Assembly: GCA_030390025.1 (NCBI GenBank)
Contig: CM059432.1
Location: 14,820,001-14,884,000, forward strand
From: Squalus acanthias
Lineage: Eukaryota
Reading direction: 5' to 3'
DNA length: 64,000 bases
Under the pieces are notes generated by a model. It saw nothing but the letters and a program-made list of their open reading frames with translations. It was not told where the DNA came from and did not search any database. Shown one piece after another: positions 13,101 to 23,326 of this stretch. Position 1 is the first letter of the stretch; the number at the start of each line of letters is the position of its first letter. The position numbers and the translations under genes are program-made.

Positions 13101-14073
13101 CCCTAATATGCTTACCTCTACGGTAATTAAATGCCTCGATCAGGTCTTTTCCCTTTGCGGGACGGCCAATTTTATCCACACTGATCGGGGTCCCTCCTTT
13201 ATGTCGAGTGAACTTAAAAGTTATCTCTCCCAACGGGGAATCGCCTCAAGTAGGACGACACCATATCACCCAATCGGTAACGGACAGGTTGAACGATACA
13301 ATGCCATCATCTGGAACGCTGTCCGTCTGGCACTAAGGTCACGCAACCTGCCGGACCAGCAGTGGGAAACGGTGCTCCCCGACGCGTTACACTCTATCAG
13401 GTCTCTTCTCTCCACATCTACTAATGTCACGCCTCATGAGCGATTCTTCAAATTCCGGCGTCGCTCTACACATGGGACGTCTCTACCGTCATGGTTGGTG
13501 GCTCCAGGCCCGGTACTACTCCGGAGGTTCGTCCGGTCTGCCAAAAACGACCCTCTCGTTGACGAGGTGGAGTTAACGGAGGTAAACCCCACGTATGCGC
13601 ACGTACGGTACCCTGATGGCCGGGAGACCACCGTCTCGCTCCGAGATCTGGCTCCCTGCCCAACCGGTCACACGGGCCCGAATGATGAAGGATCCCCCGA
13701 CAATGATATCAACACTCTGCACCCCTATGAAAATGACGCCCCGCCTGGGACATCGGGGGATCTGCCGGCAACGCTACCGGATCAACTCAGGGAGCTGGAC
13801 GCTCCCCGTAGGATGGCCACCCGAAACCAGGACGCCGGACAATCTCCAGCCACGACCCGGGATGAGGCCAGCTCAGCACCTGTGGGGACCCGCACCCGGA
13901 GTCATGATATTCCCAGTCCTCCACAGGATGATCAAGATGACGCGGACTCTACTGACTTACCGGTACGGGCCAAGCGACCCAGGGACCAGGACACGGTCCG
14001 GGGAGACGTGCCTTCCAGTCACAAGCAGAGAGCTAAACGTCTGCGGCTATTTCTGGTCCGCCTAGTCCGTTAA
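10132..14073 (+). CDS. Gag-Pol polyprotein, 1313 aa
   Basis: Two zinc knuckles (CFFCGGACHHRKFC, CNHCSKKGHFSKVC), protease LIDSCS, RT (DLKSAYHQ, LPFGVTN, YLDN), RNase H (ECDAS, EKEA, TDQ), integrase HHCC plus D-D-E (SIDFKGP, HTDRG, QVERYN). Confidence 0.96.
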   Translation: MEKLLRPARLDLDPNAPAAAKVWKHWFRTFSNFLEECGADVPNKLRMLINYVSPHVYDYIEDCIDYDTAIEILQQLYVKSPNEIFARHLLATTRQQPGESLDEFLQKLRRLSKDCNLKAVSAEQYQEELIRDSFINGIASPFIRQRLLENKTLNLRAAYDQACSLDLAKKNADTYLPPRARAAAISFNESFGRSRADAPTDVDSTLTDDDPTLEAFADDDPALAASWQSGRKCFFCGGACHHRKFCPARNVTCNHCSKKGHFSKVCQSRAFANKKGRSSKVYRSRAPVSFTAAIYGAAPPPRTTVKATVAEGKIAPPPITAVFPQSLSHAATKVSVNGHTLSALIDSCSSDSFISKRAVNRLKLHIYPSDREIAMALTTLTTNSSGFCLVNLILNGRTYLSTRLGVLANLCSDVLLGQDFQKQHKKITFEFGGSRPELTISKVPFCALSAALLGEPSLFANLPPRCKPIATKSRRFSQDDRAFIEAEISRLLVDGIIEPCSSPWRAQVVIVRNPLKQHKKRLCIDYSQTINLYTDLDAYPLPRIDDMVNNLAKYKVFSTFDLKSAYHQVPLQDSDKKYTAFEANGRLFQFRRLPFGVTNGVAVFQRAMDGLVRQENLTDTFPYLDNITIAGHDQKEHDANLQRFFDVLRRRHLTLNESKSVKSVPSVNILGYWVGNGVIKPDPERLCPLQELPPPTNLGSLRRALGMFAYYAKWIPHFSDKIQPLLHAKSFPLEATAISAFNLLKRQLEKATLRSIDENLPFVVECDASEVAISATLNQGGRPVAFLSRTLQGSELHYPPVEKEATAIIEAVRQWGHFLARRHFTFITDQRSVAFMLDNRRRTKIKNNKIQLWRMELAAFGYTICYRPGKQNVAPDTFTRAFCSSMSTSTLADLHMDLCHPGVTRMLHFVRSKNLPFSTEDVKKTCSSCRICAELKPQFFRPSDGLLIHAMQPMQRLSIDFKGPLPSSTRNTYLLTMVDEYSRFPFAFPCPNMLTSTVIKCLDQVFSLCGTANFIHTDRGPSFMSSELKSYLSQRGIASSRTTPYHPIGNGQVERYNAIIWNAVRLALRSRNLPDQQWETVLPDALHSIRSLLSTSTNVTPHERFFKFRRRSTHGTSLPSWLVAPGPVLLRRFVRSAKNDPLVDEVELTEVNPTYAHVRYPDGRETTVSLRDLAPCPTGHTGPNDEGSPDNDINTLHPYENDAPPGTSGDLPATLPDQLRELDAPRRMATRNQDAGQSPATTRDEASSAPVGTRTRSHDIPSPPQDDQDDADSTDLPVRAKRPRDQDTVRGDVPSSHKQRAKRLRLFLVRLVR

Positions 14074-14111
14074 AGGAAGACTGGACTTCCAAACCTTTTA
14101 GGGAGGAAGAA

Positions 14112-14326
14112 TGTCATAAATCGCAAGGAACAACTCAGGAAGTACTACTGGGTGGCCAGCTGGGGCGCCGTCCAGGGAGTATAAATACTCAGGAATGGGC
14201 CCACCTTGGGCAGAGACAATCTGGAAACAGGAAGCTAGTGACTGCTAACTAGACCTCCATGTTTTGTTACAAGTTGATTAAAGCCTTGCTTTATGTTCAA
14301 GTGCGTAGTGAGTCTTTATTACGTCA
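14112..14326 (+). repeat. 3' LTR (215 bp)
   Basis: Direct repeat of 9817-10031, preceded by a polypurine tract. Confidence 0.96.
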
Positions 14327-14943
14327 CAAATGGTATGTTAACTTTTGTTACAAATTGATTAGAGTATAAGAGTAAAGAAGTCTTACAACAATTACACAGG
14401 ACATTGGTGAGGCCACACCTGGAGTAGTACTGTGTACAGTTCTGGTCTCCTTAACTAAGGAAAGACATACTTGCCTTAGAGGGAGTGCAATGAAGGTTCA
14501 CTAGACTGGGCCTGGGATGAGGGGATTGCCCTATGAGGAGGGATTGAGTAGACTCGGCCTATATTTCCTAGCGTTTAGAAGAACTAATTGAAACATATAA
14601 AATTCTTAATGGGCTTGACAGGGTTAATGCTGAGAAAATGTTTCCCCTGGCTGGGGAATTTAGAACACGGGGACACAGTTTCAGAATAAGCAGTCGGCCA
14701 TTTCAACACTCAAAGGGTTGTGAATCTTTGGAATTCTCTACCCCAGAGAGCTGTGGATGCTCAGTCGTTGAGTATATTCGAGACAGAGGTCGATACATTT
14801 TTGGGAACTAAAGGAATCAAGGGATATGGGGATAGTGCAGGAAAGTGGAGTTGAGGTCGAAGATCAGCCATGATCATCTTATTGAATGGCGGAGCAGGCT
14901 CAAGGGGCCAAATGGCTCACTCCTGCTCCTATTTCTTATGTTC
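14327..14943 (+). mobile_element. CR1 LINE 3' part
   Basis: Degenerate LVRPHLEYCVQFWSP region and CR1 3' UTR ending ctcctgctcctatttcttatgttc. Confidence 0.85.
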
Positions 14944-15205
14944 TCCATCAGTATAGATAGGCCGCGCTCGTACCCCAGTTAACATAATTCCATTCAGCCA
15001 TTTGAGTCTGCATGTGTGAAATTCCGTTTTTTAGCCAGCATAAGAGTTTAAAAAAGTAAAAAAAATATTTTTTTTTCACTCATTTATAATTTAAAAATAC
15101 TTTAAAAAAGGCAAGTTTATTTTTAGCCCCGTAAAAAACGAATTATTTTTTTCAAAAAATTAAAATTTTGTTTAAAATATTTAATTTAATGTAATTTTAA
15201 CTCCA

Positions 15206-15442
15206 GCTGAGGGGAAATTTCTTCACCCAGAGGGTTGTGGGGGGTCTGGAACTCACTGCCTGAAAGGGTGGTAGAGGCAGGAACCCTAACCACATTTAAA
15301 AAGTACTTGGATGTGCACTTGGGATGCTCTAACCTGCAGGGCTACGGACCAAGAGCTGGGAAGTGGGATTAGGCTGGATAGCTCTTGTTGGCCGGCGCGG
15401 ACACAAAGGGCCGAAATAGCCTCCTTCTGTGCTGTAACTTTC
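15206..15442 (+). mobile_element. CR1 3' fragment
   Basis: ttcttcacccagagggttgtg...ggaactcactgcctga and a (tctatgat)n tail. Confidence 0.75.
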
Positions 15443-15699
15443 TATGATTCTATGATGCTATGACCACAGCATCTCGATATGGACAAATTGCTTCAGCATC
15501 ATCGGGTTAACTATTCTAGCTCCCTAGCAATGTTGTGGGGAGCACCATCAGCACAAGGACTGCAGCTGGTCAAGGAGAAGGCCCATAGCCACCTTCTCAG
15601 GACAATTCAGGATGAACAATAAATGCAGCCTTGCCCAAAGTTGCACACATCCCGACAACAAATATTTTTAAAAAAATGCCAATTCATGAATAAAGCATT

Positions 15700-16241
15700 G
15701 GCCCGTATTTTCCGAAGCCTACACATCGGAAATGCCGGTTTCATAGAATCATATGCCAAGCGCATGCGCTGAAAACCGGCATTTCCAATCTGTCAAAAAT
15801 CCTCAAGGCCTGCTTTTACCAGCATAAGAGTTTAAAAAAAGTTTAAAAAAAATTTCACTCATTTATAATTTAAAAATACTTTTAAAAAAGGTAAGTTTAT
15901 TTTTAGCCCCGTAAAAAACTTCAATTACTTTTTTCAAAAAATTACATTTTTGTTTAAAATATTTAATTCAATGTAATTTTAACTCATTTTAAAAACGTAA
16001 TGGTTTAAAAAAAAATTATTTAATGTTTTAGTGGCTTTTTGGGGTGATCTCTATTCAGATATTGGACAGGTCCCTTCTTTCATTGGCTGGCCTGGCCCAC
16101 GTGGGCCCTGCGCATTTCGACTCTGGAGTGGGCCAGGAGCGGAAGTGACCGGACCTCGGGAGCCCTCAGGTAAGGGCGGAGATTTTTTTCCTGATAGGAG
16201 GCCTCCGCAGGCGGGAAGCCTCCGATCGGAAATTACGGGCC
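15700..16241. mobile_element. Harbinger-type MITE A
   Basis: TIRs ggcccgtattttccga / tcggaaattacgggcc with 3-bp ATT on both sides. Homologous to 31177-31922 and partly to 14996-15205. Confidence 0.8.
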
Positions 16242-16244
16242 ATT

Positions 16245-16985
16245 GGCCCAAAAATTCGTGAGGGAGCCTTCGTGCGAGGGTAAGGCCTTCCCGCGATCTC
16301 TCACTGCGCGCTGGCTTTTTCAGTCCGAGCTCGCACGAACTTGATGTTCTGGACAGCAGCTGTGCAGGGCTTTCGTATCCCACAGGCGTAGTTAATTCGT
16401 GCGAGCTGTGGGATCACGTGACTCAGTTAGAGCCAATGGCAGCACACCATCTTCCATTCATAACTTTCACAGCATGGCTGTGAAAGCTATGAATACTATA
16501 CCCCCCCAAAAGAACAGCTAAACCTCAATTAAATTTTTTTAAAAACCATCACATTTATAAAATAACTATAGTTAAATAAATTAACCATTTTAAACAAAAA
16601 ATTAAATTTTTGAAAAAATTTAAAATCTTTTAAAAAGTTATAAAAATAAACTTACCTGTCTTTAAAGTCTCTAAAAAAGATATACCTGTTAAAAAAAATT
16701 CAAAATAATACTTAATTAAGTACTTACCTTGTTAAAAGAGGGTCTTACACCTCCTTTCTTTGTCTAAAATCTTCCATGCTTACCTGCGCGTCCAAAGCAC
16801 TAAGTGCACTGCGTGCGCGCAGCCTGTAGCGCGCACGCGGTTCACCTAGGAACCGCCCCCTTTTGAATTCACCAAGTGCTGGTTTTCAGCGCATGCGCAG
16901 TGCATGCAGAAAACCGGCAATTGGAGACAGAATACGCGAGAGTACACAGTGCATACTCTCGCGTAGCGGCACTAATTTTTGGGCC
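16245..16985. mobile_element. Harbinger-type MITE B, directly abutting MITE A
   Basis: TIRs ggcccaaaaatt / aatttttgggcc, flanked by ATT at 16242-16244 and 16986-16988. Confidence 0.8.
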
Positions 16986-17739
16986 ATTGTCTTTTATGAG
17001 AGAGTCTAAATCATCAGTTCTGGTGGCCCACAAATTAATTCCAAAGTTAACAATCACTTTGTTGCAATTTTTGCAACATTTTATAAGCTAACTTCCCTGC
17101 TTGAAGTAGCATACTAGACCGGTTTCTCTTTCTAGAATATTCTATAAAGAATTTTGTATAAACTCCTTTTTAAAAAAAAAAATGACTTACTGCAATTTTT
17201 CCTCTAGTCCATTTATAAATCCAAAGAAACTCTCTGCTTTGAAAGTAAAAGTCAATTTGAATTACTGATTGATCAAAAATGAAAAATTGCTGAGTAGCAA
17301 CCCCAGCCATTAAACATCTTTTTTTACATTAAGCCTCAACTGCATAATCCAATGTAAATTAGTTCCACTGCAATTGAGTGGTTTAGGTCATATTTTGTCA
17401 TATTATAACACTAAATGATTTGGGAAGAGGTTGAGCTGAATAACAGTAGTGTGTAACCTGCAGGGTTCATTTAAAAACTGCATTTGCCCGTGGCTGTTTT
17501 GCTATAATAGTTAGGAGTGACTAGAATATGTAACACTTGCTGATATCCTGATAGAAATCAATTCTGCTTGTTAAGAGATTAGAACCGAAGTGCTCCTGTA
17601 TCGTGATTGAAATTTTCCTGGACATAGTAGCCTTTTCTCTATTACCAGGATTGATATTCCTGAGACACACATTCACAATTCATAAGATAGAAACACACAG
17701 ACATAGAAATACACACATACATGTATATGGACGCACACT

Positions 17740-19820
17740 CCTACACAAACCCACACTCTCACACTGACTCACACTCACACACAAACCCACACTCTCACAC
17801 AAACCCACACACCCTACACAAACCCACACTCACACACTGACCCACACACCTACACAAACCCACACTCACACACTGACCCACACACCCTACACAAACCCAC
17901 ACTCACACACTGACCCACACACCCTACACAAACCCACACTCACACACTGACCCACACACCTACACAAACCCACACACCCTACACAAACCCACACTCACAC
18001 ACTGACCCACACACCCTACACAATCCCACACACTGACCCACACACCTACACAAACCCACACTCACACACTGACTCACACTCACACACAAACCCACACTCT
18101 CACACAAACCCACACACCCTACACAAACCCACACACCCTACACAAACCCACACTCACACACTGACCCACACACCCTACACAAACCCACACTCACACACTG
18201 ACCCACACCCTACACAAACCCACACTCACACACTGACTCACACTCACACACAAACCCACACTCTCACACAAACCCACACACCCTACACAAACCCACACTC
18301 ACACACTGACCCACACACCTACACAAACCCACACTCACACACTGACCCACACACCCTACACAAACCCACACTCACACACAGACCCACAAACCCACTCACA
18401 CACTGACCCACACACCCTACACAAACCCACACTCACACACTGACCCACACACCCTACACAAACCCACACTCACACACAGACCCACAAACCCACTCACACA
18501 CTGACCCACACACCCTACACAAACCCACTCACACACTGACCCACACACCCTACACAAACCCACACTCACACACTGACCCACACCCTACACAAACCCACAC
18601 ACTGACTCACACTCACACACAAACCCACACTCTCACACAAACCCACACACCCTACACAAACCCACACTCACACACTGACCCACACACCTACACAAACCCA
18701 CACTCACACACTGACCCACACACCCTACACAAACCCACACTCACACACTGACCCACACACCTACACAAACCCACACACCCTACACAAACCCACACTCACA
18801 CACTGACCCACACACCCTACACAAACCCACACACTGACCCACACACCCTACACAAACCCACACACTGACCCACACACCCTACACAAACCCACACTGACCC
18901 ACACACCCTACACAAACCCACACACTGACCCACACACCTACACAAACCCACACTCACACACTCTCACACAAACTCACACACCCTACACAAACCCACACTC
19001 ACACTCTGACCCACACACCTACACAAACCCACACACCCTACACAAACCCACACTCACACACCCTACACAAACCCACACTCACACACTGACCCACACTCAC
19101 ACTGACCCACACACCTACACAAACCCACACACTGACCCACACACCCTACACAAACCCACACTGACCCACACACCCTGCACAAACCCACACTGACCCACAC
19201 CCCCTGCACAAACCCACACTCACACTGACTCACACACCTACACTAACCCACACTCACACACTGACCCACACACCCTACACAAACCCACACTCACACACTG
19301 ACCCACACACCCTACACAAACCCACACTCACACACTGACCCACACACCCTACACAAACCCACACTCACACACTGACCCACACACCCTACACAAACCCACA
19401 CACTGACCCACACACCCTACACAAACCCACACACTGACCCACACACCCTACACAAACCCACACTCACACACTGACCCACACACCCTACACAAACCCACAC
19501 ACTGACCCACACACCACACCTGCACAAACCCACACACCCTACACAAACCCACACTCACACTGACCCACACACCTGCACAAACCCACACACCCTACACAAA
19601 CCCACACTCACACTGACCCACACACCTGCACAAACCCACACACCCTACACAAACCCACACTCACACTGACCCACACACCCTACACAAACCCACACACTGA
19701 CCCACACACCCTACACAAACCCACACTCACACACTGACCCACACACCCTTCACAAACCCACGCACTGACCCACACACCCTGCACAAACCCACACTGACCC
19801 ACACACCCACACTCACACAC
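17740..19820. repeat. CA-rich compound minisatellite (~2.1 kb)
   Basis: Repeated variants of cacacaccctacacaaacccacactcacacactgacc (about 37-bp unit with subunit shuffling). Confidence 0.95.
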
Positions 19821-21437
19821 TTACCCATGCGTGCACCACCCAAGTCTAAACATACCAAGAAAAAGTATTGAATTGATAAAATATTTAAACATAAAACGCT
19901 TTCATATTTCTTTTGCTTGCTCTCATCTGCCTGGATACAGAGAGGAAAAGACTGAAGAATGCATTATAGTTACTACTTCAGTGTTCCTGTATCATGGTCA
20001 GCCATTTCAATTAGCCTCCATGGTGCTCGGTTTTCATGTGACCCCCATTCATTGGGCAGGCAGTAAGTGGAGCAAGACCACCGCCCCCCTCGACGATGTT
20101 AACTGAAGGTCAGAACCATCTTTATGGTCAGGCTTCATTAAAATATTCTTTGTGAGCTGCCCGTGTATTCCGTGCGTTGTCAGGCGGCTTGCTGAATGGT
20201 GGGGTGTTGGTGGGGGGGCGGGGGGGTCGGACTCCAAGCCGGCAATATTTAATCGAAGGAGGAGCAAGAAATCATGGTGGGTGCCAGGGAGGGTCCGGCA
20301 GTAAAGCAATTTACCGAGAGTGTGTTTGGAGTGGCCTCCGGCAGTCCCGTGAAGGAGCTGGTTAGGCTGCTCTACGTTGAGTTCCACTGGGCTGGGCTGG
20401 TGCAGCGATGCGCCTGTTTGAACACTAAAATTGCAACAGGGCCCCTGATTGTCACGGATTAAAGAGACTCCCGCCTGTTTCGGCAGGAGCACTTGCTAAT
20501 TCCTCACCGTCTCCAATAATTGTGGCGGGCGGACGGTCGATGGCTGTATTGCTTTCTGACATTACAACAGTGACTACACTTCAAAAGTACTTCAACGACT
20601 GTAAAGCGCTTTGGGATGTCCTGAGGTCGTGTAAGGCGCTAAATACATGGAAGTTATTTCCTATTTCTTTCTCAATCTCCAACTTCTCAGATCGTGTCAC
20701 AATCTTTATCATCTACTATGGCCATTGCGCCTCTGACATTTCCTCGCTAATTCCTCCTATTCTGAAAAGACACCGTCCAGTCCAGCCTGCATGCTCTTCC
20801 GCTTCCCTGCGCCCTCACACACTCATCACACTCTTTCCTGCTCCAACTCCGCTTTCCAGGATCTCAATACTGTGGGGACTTCTTACTGCCTACCGTCTTC
20901 TATTTCTCCTACGATCTACAGCTTTTGCAACTGAAGGTGGGCATCACCAAATCACTATGTCCTAATTTATCTTACCCGCTCCTGCTCTTTGCATTCACAA
21001 GAATGTCCTGCACAGTGCACCTTGATCCTTCACAGTTATCTCAATAGAAACAGATACACATTTGTACAAAAGCGTACAAGGAATATTCATCCTCTGCACT
21101 ACTCTTTATATGCCTGTGAAAATTATGACAATTATGGATGACTCCTCATAACTAAAATCAGTAGCAATGCAACACTAAGGCTCATTTATTCATTTAAGCG
21201 GCATTGGCATTCAATATGGTACATAATTTCTGTTGTCTGAAGCTGCCACCTAATGTAAAAAAGCAACAGGAAGCTAATAGATTAACCGATGACAATTTAT
21301 GTTTAAGAAAATTGGCTTTTAATGTGCTGGATCACGCTGCCTTTAATGTACATCACACAACCCTGGGTGGCAATATTCATATTTATCTGTTTTAGTTAAA
21401 TGCTGAATTAATATTCTGGGTCCAATGAAAAGATAAG

Positions 21438-22083
21438 GGGCGCGAAATTCGGTAGTGCCCCAAATTGCAAAAATTGGGCGTTTTCGCCCCAGGAGTGAAG
21501 CGGGCGGTAAATGAGTCACTAATGGTCTGTGTGGAGCGCTGCAGGGGCGCTATTGCCAGAGCGCTACCCAATTTCAGCTCACTTGCGTCCAGCAACTTCA
21601 AGCCTTGACTCTTCCTTATTCCAGCTCTTAAAGGGGAGGTAATTTCAAGCTGCAGCTGCTCATTATCAGCATTGCTGCTCTTGAGTGCGACCTCTCAGCG
21701 ACTGAGACAGCTTTGTGCCATCAGCAGAGTTACGGCCGACAAAAATGTTTCCCCAAGATGGTGCCTTTAAATAGCGCGCGCGGAGCCGACTCCCGACTGC
21801 AACTCGACAGCTGATGCTGTCGTTGTTAGCGCCAGGCGGTGAGTGAGGGGGTGCGGACGAATTTTGCATCCGGGGCGCTGCGCACGCGATGATGTCATCA
21901 TCGCCGGGTGCGGCTGAGCGGGACGGTAACTACAGGAGCGGGGCGCTAACTCTCCGCAAAAACCCAGCCCAATTTAGCGTGGGGGCACTAATATCGCCAC
22001 GCCCGAGTGAAAACCCATTTGTGTCCCGATAGCGCCCCATGGAGGCGCTAACGGCAGGCGCAAAGCAGCCGAATTTTGCGCCC
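21438..22083. mobile_element. Harbinger-derived MITE
   Basis: TIRs gggcgcgaaattcgg / ccgaattttgcgccc with AAG TSD. Both arms are similar to the ends of the coding Harbinger at 48357-52993. Confidence 0.8.
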
Positions 22084-22459
22084 AAGGAATTTTGATACAC
22101 ACAATTATTTAATTCCTTGTAATATCAAACAATTAAGTAAGACATCTTCAAGATGCCTTGATGCATGAGTATCTTATGTGGCATAATTCAGATTTTTAGT
22201 TGTAATGCAGCAAACTAATTTCCTGTGTCAAGTTAATGATCTGGAAAACATATTTCCTGCTCCTCCGTAGACACAAAGAGATCCCAGCGCTGAAAATCAG
22301 CATTTGTGCATAAATTACCAGGCTGCCAAACCAGAAACCTATCCAAAACTCTACAGGGTTTGTTTGTAATTTTTTTTCTCTGACATTCTTATCTTAGTAA
22401 AATGCAAAATATCCAGGTAAGGAGAATTTTAAAAAAAAAGATATACATATTGGTTGATC

Positions 22460-22812
22460 ACCCATCGCCCCTCCCCATCTCTGTAACCTCCTCCAGCCCT
22501 CAACTCTCTGAGATCTCTGCGCTCCTCCAATTCTGGCCTCTTGCGCATTCTCGATTTTCATCGCTCCACCATTGGTGGCTGTGCCGAGGCCCTAAGCTCT
22601 GGAACTCCCTCCCTGAACCTCTCCGCCTCGCTGCCTCTCTCTCTCCTCCTTTTAACATACTTCTTGAAATCTACCTCTTTGACCAAGCTTTCTGCCCTAA
22701 TATCCCCTTATGTGGCTCGGTGTCAAATTTTGTTTGATAACGCTCCTGTGAAACGTCGCAGGGCATTTTACTACGTTAAAGGCGCTATATAAATGCAAGT
22801 TGTTGTTGTTGT
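22460..22812 (+). mobile_element. L2-clade LINE 3' fragment
   Basis: gcccctaagctctggaactccctccct-like core and tail aaaggcgctatataaatgcaag(ttg)n. Confidence 0.7.
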
Positions 22813-23137
22813 GGCATTGCTCACAGACAGAAAATAAATTGTTTCTTTCTCTTGCTTGTGTCTCCTTCTAAACTTTTCTCACTGCCTCTGTCATTTTGTT
22901 TGTTTTTCATGTTATCTCTCAGTATGACTTTTACACACTTCCTGACATTGTATTTATGTCTCTATGGTTGTCTCCGACTCTTCTTTTCATTCTTTTTCCC
23001 TCTTTATGTAAACCTCTCCTTCCTTTCCCTCTTCTGTATCTCCTGCACTCTCTCTATGTGTCTAGCGCATGTTACTTTACTGATCTACTTAGGTTGTGCA
23101 TTTTATCTTCTTGAAAGCCCAGGCCATAATGCAAACT

Positions 23138-23326
23138 GGTTATAGTCCAACAGCTTTATTTGAAATCACAAGCTTTCGGAGCGGCTGCTCCTTCGTAGCA
23201 CTTCACCTGACGAAGGAGCAGCCGCTCCGAAAGCTTGTGATTTCAAATAAAACTGTTGGACTATAACCTGGTGTTGTGCGACTTCTCACTTTTGTCCACC
23301 CCAGTCCAACACCGGCATCTCCGCAT
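23138..23326 (+). mobile_element. Penelope-like terminal repeat fragment with inverted duplication and hammerhead core
   Basis: 59-bp inverted arms 23138-23196 / 23210-23268 with 1 mismatch. Core CTGACGA-aggagc..gctcc-GAAA. cataatgcaaactgg direct repeats at 23125-23139 and 23327-23341. Confidence 0.75.

Larger units (their letters stand above)
9817..14326 (+). mobile_element. Full-length Ty3/Gypsy LTR retrotransposon (Mag-like)
   Basis: TG...CA LTRs at 9817-10031 and 14112-14326. 5-bp TSD CAAAT at 9812-9816 and 14327-14331. PPT agggaggaagaa at 14100-14111. Single gag-pol ORF with domain order PR-RT-RH-IN. Confidence 0.97.

Noticed and set aside
17740..19820. CRISPR-like array
   Set aside because: No unique spacers; simple low-complexity tandem units in a eukaryotic context.
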